The notes under the pieces are model-generated. The model made no database searches, was not told the DNA's origin, and saw nothing but the letters and a program-made list of their open reading frames with translations. From an uncultured Oscillospiraceae bacterium (lineage in GTDB: Bacteria > Bacillota > Clostridia > UMGS1883), in contig CAZNIC010000005.1 of the NCBI GenBank assembly GCA_964572985.1, forward strand, positions 6,777 to 70,776: a stretch of 64,000 nucleotides of DNA, written 5' to 3'. Of this stretch, positions 46,430-56,401 are shown in pieces (positions within the stretch are counted from its first letter, which is position 1; each line of letters opens with the position of its first letter). The position numbers and the translations under genes are program-made.

Positions 46430-47299
46430 TCACTTACGTTCAATATCACGGTGTGAGCTCTTTGCTTTGATACCGTTTTTTTCAAAAATCTGCCTGAGAA
46501 GCTCGCATATTGCAACACTGCGGTGCTTGCCTCCCGTACAGCCTATGGAAATCGTAATCTGTCGTCTGCCGTCACGGATGTAAAGAGGGATAAGATAAGT
46601 TATCATGTCTGAGTATCTTTTCACAAATTCTTTGCACTCTTCGTTGTCAGTAACAAACTTGTATATATCCTCCTCAAGACCTGTCCTGTGGCGCATGTTT
46701 TCGTTGTAATAGGGATTTGGTAAAAACCTTACGTCCATAACAAGGTCGGTAGAGTTGGGTATACCGTACTTGAATCCAAAGCTCATGATATTTACCGAGA
46801 AAAATTCCTTTTCCTCTCTGCCGTCGCCAAATTTTTCTCTGACGATTTCGCCAAGCTCACGTGTCAAAAGATTTGATGTATTAATAATATGGTCAGCCTT
46901 TTTGCGAATGGAGGAAAGTATTTCCTTTTCAAGGGTAATACCTTTTTCCACGGGGCCATCGGGAGCAAGGGGATGCGCACGTCTGGTCTCCTTATAGCGT
47001 CGTACGAGCGACGGGTCGTCAGCCTCTAAGAAAACTATTTCATACGGGCACTTATCCTTTGATATTTTTGACAATTCTTCATCAATATTTGAAAACATTT
47101 CGCCGCCGCGAATGTCGGTAACAACTGCCACATTATCCGCTTTTATTTTTGAGTCTGCACACGCAGTTGCAAAAGCCGACAGAAAAAGCACAGGCATATT
47201 ATCAATGCAATAATAGCCCATATCCTCCAAGAAGTGGAGTACCTGTGTTTTTCCCGCACCGGAAACGCCTGTTAAGATTAAAAACCTCATATTCCTCAT
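46430..47299 (-). CDS. rapZ: RNase adapter / nucleotide-binding protein RapZ (YvcJ)
   Basis: P-loop GVSGAGKT and C-terminal CTGGKHRSV. Confidence 0.93.
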   Translation of the reverse strand: MRNMRFLILTGVSGAGKTQVLHFLEDMGYYCIDNMPVLFLSAFATACADSKIKADNVAVVTDIRGGEMFSNIDEELSKISKDKCPYEIVFLEADDPSLVRRYKETRRAHPLAPDGPVEKGITLEKEILSSIRKKADHIINTSNLLTRELGEIVREKFGDGREEKEFFSVNIMSFGFKYGIPNSTDLVMDVRFLPNPYYNENMRHRTGLEEDIYKFVTDNEECKEFVKRYSDMITYLIPLYIRDGRRQITISIGCTGGKHRSVAICELLRQIFEKNGIKAKSSHRDIERK

Positions 47300-47303
47300 C
47301 CTT

Positions 47304-48185
47304 TTATTTCCACAGCTTTACCTCTGCTTCGAGTTCAACCCCGAAGGTATCGTAAACTGTTTTTTTCACTTTTTCCATTAATTGAAGCACGTCATCAGTT
47401 GTAGCGTCGCCTGTATTGATAATAAAACCCGAGTGCTTTTCGCTTACACATGCACCGCCAACCCTCTCGCCTTTAAGGTTTGCCTCTTCAATAAGCGCCG
47501 CGGCAAAATACCCTTCGGGGCGTTTGAACGTACTGCCCGCAGAGGGATACTCCAAGGGCTGCTTTGAACGGCGTTTTTCGCCGAGTTCTTTCATCTTGGC
47601 AAGGATTTCGTCACTGTTTGCTTTATTCAGTTTGACGCACACGGCTGTCACCACATAGTTTTTGTCCGAAAAAAAGCTTTTGCGATAACCAAACGAAGCG
47701 CTGTCGTTATCCATTCGGTAAACCTCGCCCGAGGGAGAGGCATAGTCAATCCAATCGACAATGTCCTTCATTTCGCCACCATAAGCGCCTGCATTCATGC
47801 ACACAGCGCCGCCTATTGAGCCGGGAATACCATGAGCAAATTCCATTCCGCCGAGCGAGTTTTTGTATGCAACCTGACTTACATAAGACAAAAGTGCTCC
47901 CGCCTGACAAATAATTCTGTCGCCGTCCACCCTTACCTCGCTCATTTGTTTTCCGATATGGATGATGGGTTTTTCTATCCCCTCATCGGAAACGAGAAGG
48001 TTGCTGCCGTTGCCCAGCACGTATGGTTCTACGTAATTTTCGTGCAATACTCTGAGGGCACGTGCGGTAGCTTGTGCGTCCAATGGCTCTATCATTATTT
48101 TTGCAATACCTCCTGTTTTAAAAGAGGTATATTCTTTCATATTTACATTTTCTCGTATTGTGCAGTTTTCAAGATTATACACCAT
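47304..48185 (-). CDS. murB: UDP-N-acetylenolpyruvoylglucosamine reductase
   Basis: Start at MVYNLEN. It has an FAD-binding domain (LGNGSNLL) and the catalytic region GSTFKRP. Confidence 0.93.
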   Translation of the reverse strand: MVYNLENCTIRENVNMKEYTSFKTGGIAKIMIEPLDAQATARALRVLHENYVEPYVLGNGSNLLVSDEGIEKPIIHIGKQMSEVRVDGDRIICQAGALLSYVSQVAYKNSLGGMEFAHGIPGSIGGAVCMNAGAYGGEMKDIVDWIDYASPSGEVYRMDNDSASFGYRKSFFSDKNYVVTAVCVKLNKANSDEILAKMKELGEKRRSKQPLEYPSAGSTFKRPEGYFAAALIEEANLKGERVGGACVSEKHSGFIINTGDATTDDVLQLMEKVKKTVYDTFGVELEAEVKLWK

Positions 48186-48198
48186 TATCACCGCCAAA

Positions 48199-49110
48199 TT
48201 ATTTTTGTGTATAAAGAAAGCTTGCTCCCACGACACCCGCATCATTAAAAAGCTTTGAAACCTTAATCTCCGTCTGAGGAAGAGAATCAAGCTTGCCTGT
48301 CATGGAATTTTCCTTAACAAATTTTTTCACAGGATTTAAAACCTTGTCGCCTTCACGGCTTACACCGCCGCCTATTATAATAAGCTTGGGTTGGAATATG
48401 TTGACCATGTCGCAGATACCCTCCGCCACGTAACCCAGCCATTTATCCAGAACATTTTTAGCTCTCTCGTCACCTTTTTCGGCGAGTTCAAAAGCCGTTT
48501 TTCCGTTTACTTCGCCATCAATGCCGGCGTTCCGGGTTTGTCTTACGAGTGCCGACACAGAGGCGTACCTTTCCCAGCATCCGCGTCTTCCGCAGTTACA
48601 TTCCTCGCCGTCCTTTTCGATTACAATGTGACCGATTTCGCCACCGCCAAAGTTAACACCGCGAAGGATTTTACCCGATAAGATAATGCCGCCGCCTACA
48701 CCCGTGCCGAGCGTTACAAAAATAAAGCTTTCGGGTTTGTCATCGGACACGATATATTCACCCAACGCGGCACAGTTTGCATCGTTATCAAGGAAAGTAC
48801 TCTTACCGAGTGCATTTTCTATTTCATCGCATATATGGGTATTGTCGTAGTTTTCAATATTGGCAGAGCTTACAACAATGCCTTGCTTACTGTCACAAAT
48901 ACCCGTTGTGCCTATGCCTATGGAATTTATCTCCTCCCATGTGATGTTGGATTTTGAGACAAGTTCACGGCAGGCTGTTATAACCACGCCCGGGATATCC
49001 TTACCGTTTTTAGGGGTAGGGGTTTTTGATGATATTACAAGTTTTCCTTTTTTGTCAACTATTGCGCTTTTGATAAAAGTGCCACCAATATCTATACCAA
49101 TATTTTTCAA
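48199..49110 (-). CDS. glcK: ROK-family glucokinase
   Basis: IGIDIGGT N-terminus and ROK zinc motif CNCGRRGCWE. Confidence 0.85.
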   Translation of the reverse strand: MKNIGIDIGGTFIKSAIVDKKGKLVISSKTPTPKNGKDIPGVVITACRELVSKSNITWEEINSIGIGTTGICDSKQGIVVSSANIENYDNTHICDEIENALGKSTFLDNDANCAALGEYIVSDDKPESFIFVTLGTGVGGGIILSGKILRGVNFGGGEIGHIVIEKDGEECNCGRRGCWERYASVSALVRQTRNAGIDGEVNGKTAFELAEKGDERAKNVLDKWLGYVAEGICDMVNIFQPKLIIIGGGVSREGDKVLNPVKKFVKENSMTGKLDSLPQTEIKVSKLFNDAGVVGASFLYTQK

Positions 49111-49121
49111 ATCAATCTTCC

Positions 49122-49835
49122 TTATTTTTCAACTTTTAAATAATCACACAGCTTTTTGAGAGATGTGTTAAGTATTAATTCTTCGGGATAATCAATGTCC
49201 TCCAAAAGCTCTGCGCTTTTTGGAACAATACCTATCTCACCCGAAAAGTGAGCATCTGTGCTGAGAACAACAGGCACCGAATACTTTTTACACAAAAGTG
49301 CAATCTCCCTGCAATTTTCATTGCTACCCTCTCTTACGCGGAAAGAGTGATTATTGATTTCTATTATCTTGCCCGTTTCTTTTGCTTTTTTTACAACAGC
49401 TTCGTAATCACATTTATACCTGCCGTCGCCCATATGACCAAGTACATCAACATGAGGGTTGTCAAGAGTGTTTAGCCATGCTTTGGTAACATCCTCCAAA
49501 CTTTGATAGGGCGCAAAGCAAGGTGTGTGAAAGCTTGCTATTACCAGTTCAAGGTTCTGAAGATATTTATCCTCGATATCAAGTGTTCCGTCAGTGTCCA
49601 TAATGTCAACCTCTGCCCCTGTGAGAAGCCTCACACCGTTTATATATTTTGGCAGATGCCTTGCCGACTTAAAATGAAACCATACCGCACCGTCGCCAAG
49701 CAGCGGTCCGTGATTTGTCATGGCAATGCCTTCAAGCCCCATTTTTGCCGCCGCGGCAATGTTTTCCTCCAGTGTGGAAAACGCATGGGCACTTACATTT
49801 GTATGCGTATGTGTGTCTACCGTAATTTTAATCAT
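49122..49835 (-). CDS. PHP-domain phosphoesterase (YcdX-like)
   Basis: DTHTHT N-terminal metal motif. 237 aa, PHP fold. Confidence 0.8.
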   Translation of the reverse strand: MIKITVDTHTHTNVSAHAFSTLEENIAAAAKMGLEGIAMTNHGPLLGDGAVWFHFKSARHLPKYINGVRLLTGAEVDIMDTDGTLDIEDKYLQNLELVIASFHTPCFAPYQSLEDVTKAWLNTLDNPHVDVLGHMGDGRYKCDYEAVVKKAKETGKIIEINNHSFRVREGSNENCREIALLCKKYSVPVVLSTDAHFSGEIGIVPKSAELLEDIDYPEELILNTSLKKLCDYLKVEK

Positions 49836-49917
49836 AGGTTATCTCTCCAATGGAAAGAAACTCGCTCGCGAGTTTCCGCCTTAATCATTCACTATTCAAG
49901 CACAATTTAAGCTATGC

Positions 49918-50874
49918 TTAAATTATGCTTGTCGCGTCCATATTAATCTGCTTGCTGAGTCTTTCGCTCAGTTCTTCGGCAGCATTGTAGCCCATCTTTT
50001 GTTGACGATAATTCATTGCCGCAATTTCGATAATAACAGCAAGGTTTCGGCCGGGACGAACAGGGATAGTAACAGAAGGCACATCAATACCAAGTATATT
50101 CGTATACTGCTTATCAATGCCCAGTCTTTCGTAGTTTTTGCCTTCCTTCCAAAGCTCAAAATTAACTACAAGATTAATGTTTTCGGTGTCTTTAACAGCA
50201 CCCATACCAAAAATCTTTTTTACGTCAATAATACCTATACCGCGCAGTTCAATAAAGTGGCGGATAATTTCGGGAGATGAGCCTACGAGTGTTTTGGACG
50301 AAACACGTTTAATTTCAACAGCGTCATCTGCTACAAGACGGTGACCGCGCTTTACAAGCTCGACAGCTGTTTCGCTCTTACCTACGCCGCTTTCACCCAA
50401 AAGGAGTACACCTTCGCCGTAAATCTCCATCAGAACGCCGTGACGTGTGATGAAAGGAGCAAGGATAACATTCATTGTGGAAATATATGACGACACAAAC
50501 TGGCTGGTGTTTTCCTCTGTACGGAGTACTGCCACGCCGTTTTCCTTTGCCGCATTGACAAGCTCAGGGAAAACATCAAATTTTCGTGTTACAACAATCG
50601 CAGGCACTTTCTTTTTGCAAAGATTTGAAAGGATGCGGTATCTCTCCTCAGAGGACTTTTCCATAAGATAAAAGATTTCCGCTTTACCGAGCACCTGAAT
50701 TCTGTTTTGGTCAAAATATTCGTAATAATCTGCCGCAAACTGAATACCGGGACGGTGAATATCTGAGCAGTCAATCCAGATTTCATCCATTTTGTCGGGC
50801 ACATATACAATCTCGAGCTTGAACTCGTCAATAACTCTTTGCAATAAAACTTTTTCTTTTGATTTTGAATACAT
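49918..50874 (-). CDS. hprK: HPr kinase/phosphorylase
   Basis: P-loop GESGVGKSE and signature LVADD. Confidence 0.95.
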   Translation of the reverse strand: MYSKSKEKVLLQRVIDEFKLEIVYVPDKMDEIWIDCSDIHRPGIQFAADYYEYFDQNRIQVLGKAEIFYLMEKSSEERYRILSNLCKKKVPAIVVTRKFDVFPELVNAAKENGVAVLRTEENTSQFVSSYISTMNVILAPFITRHGVLMEIYGEGVLLLGESGVGKSETAVELVKRGHRLVADDAVEIKRVSSKTLVGSSPEIIRHFIELRGIGIIDVKKIFGMGAVKDTENINLVVNFELWKEGKNYERLGIDKQYTNILGIDVPSVTIPVRPGRNLAVIIEIAAMNYRQQKMGYNAAEELSERLSKQINMDATSII

Positions 50875-51965
50875 TAACCGTTCTCTCCCTTCAGCTTTTC
50901 GCTCTGATAAAATGTGGCAAGAGAATCCACCAATTCATCGATTTCACCGTTCATGATAGAATCTATTTTGTACAGCGTAAGATTTATTCTGTGGTCTGTA
51001 ACTCTTCCCTGAGGGAAATTGTAAGTTCTGATACGTTCGCTTCTGTCTCCCGAACCTACCTGGCTTTTTCTTTCTGCCGCAATGGACGCATTTCGCTCAG
51101 CTTCCATAAGCTCGTAAAGACGGCTTCTCAGAACTTTCAAAGCCTTGTCTTTGTTTTTGTGCTGGCTTTTTTCATCCTGACACGATACCACCAAACCCGT
51201 GGGGAGATGTGTAATTCTTACAGCGGAGTCTGTGGTATTAACGCACTGACCGCCGGGACCACCTGCACGGAAAACATCTATTTTTAAGTCGTTCTGATTA
51301 ATCTCAAGCTCAACCTCTTCAACCTCGGGCAATACCGCAACGGATGCAGCAGAGGTCTGAATTCTGCCTTGGGACTCTGTTTCGGGGACGCGCTGTACAC
51401 GGTGCACGCCGCTTTCGTATTTAAAACGGCTGTATGCCCCCTGCCCGTTAACGGAAAAGGATATTTCCTTATATCCGCCAAGCTCGGTAGCGTTTGAGTT
51501 CATGATTTCAATTTTCCAACGTTTTTTCTCTGCATACATAGAATACATACGGAAAAGTGCCGCTGCAAAAAGTGCCGCTTCTTCACCGCCCGTACCGCCA
51601 CGGATTTCCACGATAACGTTCTTGTCATCGTTGGGGTCCTTGGGGATAAGCAGGATTTTGAGTTCTTCCTCAATTGACGGAATTTTTGCCTTGGCGTCGT
51701 TCATTTCGTCCCTGAGAAGCTCTTCAAATTCTGCATCCTGTTTTTCAGAAAGCATTTCTTCCGCATCGCTTATGGTTTGTCTTACGTCCTTATACTCGCG
51801 ATACTTTTCGACTATAGGCGTCATATCGCTATGCTCTTTCATCAGCTTACGCCATGTGTCGATATCGGCAATAACATCAGGGTCGGATATTTTGAGGGAA
51901 AGCTCCTCGTATTTTTCTTCAATAAATGCAAGTTTGTCAAACATATTACGATGCCTTTCTGTCAA
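50874..51965 (-). CDS. prfA: Peptide chain release factor 1
   Basis: PET tripeptide ([10 protein letters not shown]) and GGQ motif (GPGGQCVN). Confidence 0.95.
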   Translation of the reverse strand: MTERHRNMFDKLAFIEEKYEELSLKISDPDVIADIDTWRKLMKEHSDMTPIVEKYREYKDVRQTISDAEEMLSEKQDAEFEELLRDEMNDAKAKIPSIEEELKILLIPKDPNDDKNVIVEIRGGTGGEEAALFAAALFRMYSMYAEKKRWKIEIMNSNATELGGYKEISFSVNGQGAYSRFKYESGVHRVQRVPETESQGRIQTSAASVAVLPEVEEVELEINQNDLKIDVFRAGGPGGQCVNTTDSAVRITHLPTGLVVSCQDEKSQHKNKDKALKVLRSRLYELMEAERNASIAAERKSQVGSGDRSERIRTYNFPQGRVTDHRINLTLYKIDSIMNGEIDELVDSLATFYQSEKLKGENG

Positions 51966-51976
51966 TGTGATTTAAA

Positions 51977-52432
51977 TTATACAAAATAAAAGAAAAGTCC
52001 AATTACAAAGCCAAGCAAGCAACCCATGGCAACCTGGAACGGACTATGACCAAGGATTTCCTTGAGTGCTTTTTCTCCACCCATCTGCGGGTCTTCCTTT
52101 AATGCTTCGATAATGTTGTTAAGAACCTTAGCCTGCTCGCCTACCGCACGGCGTACGCCGCAAGCATCGTACATTACAACAAGTGCAAAAGCCGCCGCAA
52201 CAGCAAAGGGCGCACTGCCAAGACCATACTGTGCACCGACTACAACCACAAGTGCCGTTACAAAGGCGCTGTGAGATGACGGCATGCCACCCGATGCAAA
52301 AATACTTTCCCAAGCAAATTTGCGCGCCATAACCGAGTTAAAAAAAACTTTTATTATCTGCGCTATTGCCCAACCTGTTATTGCCGCCACAAGAGGTTCG
52401 TTGCCAAGTAAGCTCATTATATGTTTCATCAT
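51977..52432 (-). CDS. Divergent PAP2 family (DUF212/YuiD-like) membrane protein
   Basis: The GGMPSSHSA motif is typical of this family. Confidence 0.8.
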   Translation of the reverse strand: MMKHIMSLLGNEPLVAAITGWAIAQIIKVFFNSVMARKFAWESIFASGGMPSSHSAFVTALVVVVGAQYGLGSAPFAVAAAFALVVMYDACGVRRAVGEQAKVLNNIIEALKEDPQMGGEKALKEILGHSPFQVAMGCLLGFVIGLFFYFV

Positions 52433-52462
52433 TAGGTTATCTCACCTTTCTTCTTAGGTTAA

Positions 52463-53332
52463 TCAGTTTTCTCTTTCGAGAAGCAAAACAGCAAGTTCTT
52501 TCAAAAATGTACCGTTTTCACCAAAAGCGTCACACGCACATATTGCGTTGTCGGTTTCGCGTCGGAGGGCTTTTTTTGCCTCGTCAATACCCAATATTGT
52601 AACAAACGTGGATTTCTCAGAGTCAATATCTTTCATGAGGGTTTTACCCATCTTGTCGGCTTCACCCTCAACATCTAAAATATCATCTTTTATCTGAAAA
52701 GCCAGACCGACGCTCTTTGTGTAATCCTCGCAAAATGCACCGTCCTTGCCTGCCGCTATCGCACCTGCAGCACCTGCACAGTTTATAAGTGCACCTGTTT
52801 TACGCGCATGAATGCTTTTCAACTCGTCAAGGCTTGCCCTGACGGTTTCTGCCTTGATATCATCCGTTTGCCCGCCTACCATGCCGTCAATTCCTGCGCC
52901 ATAGGCAAGATATTTTATAAAACTGAATGCTTTTTCCGCATTTTTAACCTTTTTTGTAATGTAACAAAAAGCATATGCGAGAAGTCCGTCCCCGGCTAAA
53001 AGTGCATACGCCTCACCGTACTTTACGTGGCAGGTAGGCATGCCTCTGCGGAGAGTGTCGTTATCCATACAGGGCAAATCGTCGTGTATGAGTGAATATG
53101 TGTGTATCATCTCAAGCGCACAGCCAAAATAAAGCGCCTCTTCCATATTTCCACCCAAAGCGTCACATACTCCCAGCGCAATCACGGGACGTATTCTTTT
53201 ACCGCCTGCCAACAGCGAATATGCCATAGCTTCCGACACTATATTGTCTTTGGGAAAATCCCGAACCGCATTTTCAAGCTCGGCATTGATTTTTTCGGTA
53301 TAATCTTTGAGCTTTTCATTAAAAGTCATCAT
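52463..53332 (-). CDS. ispA: (2E,6E)-farnesyl diphosphate synthase / polyprenyl synthetase
   Basis: DDxxD motifs LIHDDLPCMDND and QIKDDILD. It sits in the canonical xseB-ispA context. Confidence 0.9.
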   Translation of the reverse strand: MMTFNEKLKDYTEKINAELENAVRDFPKDNIVSEAMAYSLLAGGKRIRPVIALGVCDALGGNMEEALYFGCALEMIHTYSLIHDDLPCMDNDTLRRGMPTCHVKYGEAYALLAGDGLLAYAFCYITKKVKNAEKAFSFIKYLAYGAGIDGMVGGQTDDIKAETVRASLDELKSIHARKTGALINCAGAAGAIAAGKDGAFCEDYTKSVGLAFQIKDDILDVEGEADKMGKTLMKDIDSEKSTFVTILGIDEAKKALRRETDNAICACDAFGENGTFLKELAVLLLEREN

Positions 53333-53535
53333 GCGTCTCCTTCCGCGAAATCCTCGCTACCGTCCTCTGTGACCTTTTTAATCTTAAGCTGTGCTTCGTC
53401 AAGCATTTTGCGACAGTCCTTTGTAAGGCTGACACCTTTTTCAAAAAGAGTCATCGATTCTTCAAGTGTTGTTTCGCCGTTTTCAAGCTTTTTAACGATT
53501 TCTTCAAGCTCTTTTAAGCTTTCTTCAAAAGTCAT
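53329..53535 (-). CDS. xseB: Exodeoxyribonuclease VII small subunit
   Basis: 68 aa. FEESLKELEEIVKKLE is a typical XseB sequence. Confidence 0.92.
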   Translation of the reverse strand: MTFEESLKELEEIVKKLENGETTLEESMTLFEKGVSLTKDCRKMLDEAQLKIKKVTEDGSEDFAEGDA

Positions 53536-53549
53536 GATTAATCCCTCGC

Positions 53550-54752
53550 TTATTTATCTATTCTTACAACCTGCGCTTCGGCACTGCCATCACAAAGCAC
53601 AAGGGTGATATTGTCCTTTTCATTAAGCTCGTTTACGCTCTTTATTGCCTTGTCTCCCTTATATGATATGCTGTAGCCTCTTTCAAAAACTTTAAGTGGG
53701 CTGAGAGCCGAAAGCTTTGCAGCATTTTCCTTAAGCTCATTAAGCTTTTTATCGCATTTTGTGCTGTAAGACTTCACCAAAAAATCAAAAGTGCGGTCAG
53801 TTATCTGCATAAGGTTTTCTATTTTGCGGTTAAAGCTTTCGGGCGACACTCGCTCTGATATAAGTCTGAGCTTTGTTTCCCGGTCTTCCGCCTTGGCTAC
53901 GAGAAGACTTTTAAGTCTTTGGCGGTATTTTTGTAAAGACACGTTTATCTCGCCTGCATCGGGCACCGCAAGCTCTGCTGCTGCCGACGGGGTGGGTGCT
54001 CTTAAATCTGCCACCGCATCGGATAAGGTAAAGTCGGTTTCATGACCGACTGCCGAGATAACAGGGATAGCAGATGCAAAAATTGCCCTTACGGTAGCCT
54101 CTTCGTTAAACGCCCACAAATCCTCAATGCTGCCGCCACCGCGACCCACAATCATCACGTCAACCATGTTTTCGCGATTAAAAAATTCAATGCCCTTTAC
54201 TATGCTTGGTACTGCACCAACGCCCTGTACCAATGCAGGGTACAAACAAACCTCGCAAAGAGGATATCGGCGTTTTAGGATATTGAGTATATCCCTCACT
54301 GCCGCGCCCGTGGGGCTTGTGACAACGCCCACCTTTTTCGGAAAGCGCGGTATGGGCTTTTTGTACTTATCGTCAAAAACACCTTCCTCGGAAAGCTTCT
54401 TTTTTAATTCCTCAAGCTTTTTGTATAAGTCGCCTTGACCTTCCTGCTCCATGTTTTCTATGTAGAGCTGATAAGCACCGTCGCGTTCAAAAACACCTAT
54501 GCGTCCGTTGGCGGAAACTTTCATGCCGTTTTCCATTTTAAAGGGGAGACGCATGACAGCACCCTTGAACATTACTGCTTTGAGCGCTGCCCCCTCGTCC
54601 TTTAAAGTGAGGTACACATGACCCGAGGAATGATACTTGAGGTTACTTATCTCGCCTTTTATCCAAATGTTTTGTAAAACCTCGGTTCGCTCAATAATGG
54701 CTTTGATGTAGTTATTAATTTGTGTTACGGTTGCTTCGCGTCTTTCTGCCAC
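53550..54752 (-). CDS. xseA: Exodeoxyribonuclease VII large subunit
   Basis: 400 aa with an OB-fold N-terminus and a catalytic core (GRGGGS). The start codon is GTG at 54752-54750. Confidence 0.93.
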   Translation of the reverse strand: MAERREATVTQINNYIKAIIERTEVLQNIWIKGEISNLKYHSSGHVYLTLKDEGAALKAVMFKGAVMRLPFKMENGMKVSANGRIGVFERDGAYQLYIENMEQEGQGDLYKKLEELKKKLSEEGVFDDKYKKPIPRFPKKVGVVTSPTGAAVRDILNILKRRYPLCEVCLYPALVQGVGAVPSIVKGIEFFNRENMVDVMIVGRGGGSIEDLWAFNEEATVRAIFASAIPVISAVGHETDFTLSDAVADLRAPTPSAAAELAVPDAGEINVSLQKYRQRLKSLLVAKAEDRETKLRLISERVSPESFNRKIENLMQITDRTFDFLVKSYSTKCDKKLNELKENAAKLSALSPLKVFERGYSISYKGDKAIKSVNELNEKDNITLVLCDGSAEAQVVRIDK

Positions 54753-54770
54753 TATTGACCACCTTCTCTC

Positions 54771-54883
54771 CTAAAACCCACAACACGGGACAGCGGGCGA
54801 CAGACATCCGCAGATGTCCTTTTACAAATCGCCTCCCGATTTGTAAAAGCAGCCCTGTCCCTGTTCCTTTAAAAATTGTTGCA
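54771..54883. repeat. Structured intergenic element, copy A (nusB-xseA spacer)
   Basis: The conserved ends CTAAAACCCACAACACGGGACA ... TGTCCCTGTTCCTTTAAAAATTGTTGCA are shared with 59753-59871. The interior differs but is closed by a long stem. Confidence 0.75.
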
Positions 54884-54916
54884 ATTACCTAATCAAAGTA
54901 AACTGCAACCCACGAC

Positions 54917-55342
54917 TCAACGAGCATTTTTCAAATATTCTGCCAATACGCCGTTAATGAACTTATACGTATCATCTTCACCGTATTTTTTCGCAAGCTC
55001 AACAGCTTCGTTTACTGCAACGCGATCGGGAACATCATCCATTGTATCGATTTCATAGATTGCGAGCTGCAAAATTGCAAGGCTTACCTTGGGAAGTCTG
55101 CTAACATCCCATTTCTTGAGGAGAGGAGCAATTTTTTCGTTGAGCTCATTTTTTGCTTCTGCGGCACCAAACACAACACTTTTCATGTATTCGATATCCT
55201 TTTTGCTCATAGACTCCTCTGCCCATAATTCATCCTTCATTGTTTCCTCAAAATATTCGCACATATCATGAGGAGGCTCTTTCATAAGAGCGCAGTTATA
55301 TATAATTTTGAAAGCATTTTCTCTTGCTGATGATCTACTCAT
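54917..55342 (-). CDS. nusB: Transcription antitermination factor NusB
   Basis: 141 aa. N-terminus RSSARENAFKIIY and C-terminal ...FINGVL. Confidence 0.93.
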   Translation of the reverse strand: MSRSSARENAFKIIYNCALMKEPPHDMCEYFEETMKDELWAEESMSKKDIEYMKSVVFGAAEAKNELNEKIAPLLKKWDVSRLPKVSLAILQLAIYEIDTMDDVPDRVAVNEAVELAKKYGEDDTYKFINGVLAEYLKNAR

Positions 55343-55357
55343 TTGTATCGTCCTTTC

Positions 55358-56383
55358 TTAAAAAAGCTTCGTAATATCAGAATACATTACAAATATACCA
55401 AGTCCCAGGATAAGTGCCAGACCTATAAGATTTATATAACCTAAAACCTCTTGTTTGAGTTTTTTACGCGTTACAAGCTCAATTGCCGCAAAAATTATAC
55501 TGCCACCGTCAAGTGCGGGGAAAGGCAAAAGGTTGAATACACCTAAATTAACACTTATCATGGCAAACAGATTGAGTATATTCAAGAACACGCTCAGTCC
55601 TCCGTACTCTTTGGACTGCTCTGTCGTGTCGTCCACAACCTGCACAATACCCACAGGGCCTGACATGTCGCTGACCTTTGCTTCGCCCGTAAATAACATC
55701 TTTATCGATGCAAATACAGCTTTTACAACAAAGCGCGTATCGTAATATGATTGTTCAAAGGTATCTGTAAAGCTGAGTTTTTTAATACCCGGGCTAAAGC
55801 CCAAAAGTTTACCGCCATTAACGGTTTCGGGCGTAACATTAACGGTGTGTTTTTCACCGTTACGAACATATTCCACCTCGATGTTTTCGGGAGCGGACAT
55901 CATGAAAAGCTTGATGTCTGCATAGGTGTTGACCTTTGTATTGTTAAGCTTTACGATTTCATCACCGACCATTAAGCCCGCCTCGGCTACTTTGGATGTA
56001 TCGGTGAATGAGCCTATATTGTTGGTATAAACATAGCCACCAACATTATTGATAACAACAAAGCACAAAAAGCCCAACAGAATATTCATAACAGCACCCA
56101 TAACAAGGATAACCATCCTCTTTATGGGCGATATGTTTGAAAACGCTCTGGGGTTGTCGCTTTCTTCATCTTCACCTTCAAGTTTCACATAACCACCTAA
56201 TGGTAAAAGCCTTAACGAATACTGTGTCTCGCCTTTGCCCCATTTAAAAATGCAAGGCCCCATTCCGATGGAAAATTCGTGCACGGTTACGCCGAATTTT
56301 TTTGCTGTTATAAAATGCCCAAGCTCGTGGAGTATGACCATTACTCCAAACGCAAGTATTGTAACTATAATGGAAAAAGCCAT
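55358..56383 (-). CDS. rseP: RIP metalloprotease RseP/RasP (M50 site-2 protease)
   Basis: HELGHF zinc motif, a PDZ region and an NLLPFPALDGG motif. Confidence 0.93.
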   Translation of the reverse strand: MAFSIIVTILAFGVMVILHELGHFITAKKFGVTVHEFSIGMGPCIFKWGKGETQYSLRLLPLGGYVKLEGEDEESDNPRAFSNISPIKRMVILVMGAVMNILLGFLCFVVINNVGGYVYTNNIGSFTDTSKVAEAGLMVGDEIVKLNNTKVNTYADIKLFMMSAPENIEVEYVRNGEKHTVNVTPETVNGGKLLGFSPGIKKLSFTDTFEQSYYDTRFVVKAVFASIKMLFTGEAKVSDMSGPVGIVQVVDDTTEQSKEYGGLSVFLNILNLFAMISVNLGVFNLLPFPALDGGSIIFAAIELVTRKKLKQEVLGYINLIGLALILGLGIFVMYSDITKLF

Positions 56384-56401
56384 CAGAAAACCTCCGAAAA
56401 A

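Noticed and set aside
54771-54883. The hypothesis that the conserved ...CCGTGTTGTGGGYTTTAG end of the two-copy element encodes a small peptide ending VPCCG[FL]
   Set aside because: In both copies the frame is closed by a stop 16-18 codons upstream, with no ATG, GTG or TTG plus RBS in between.
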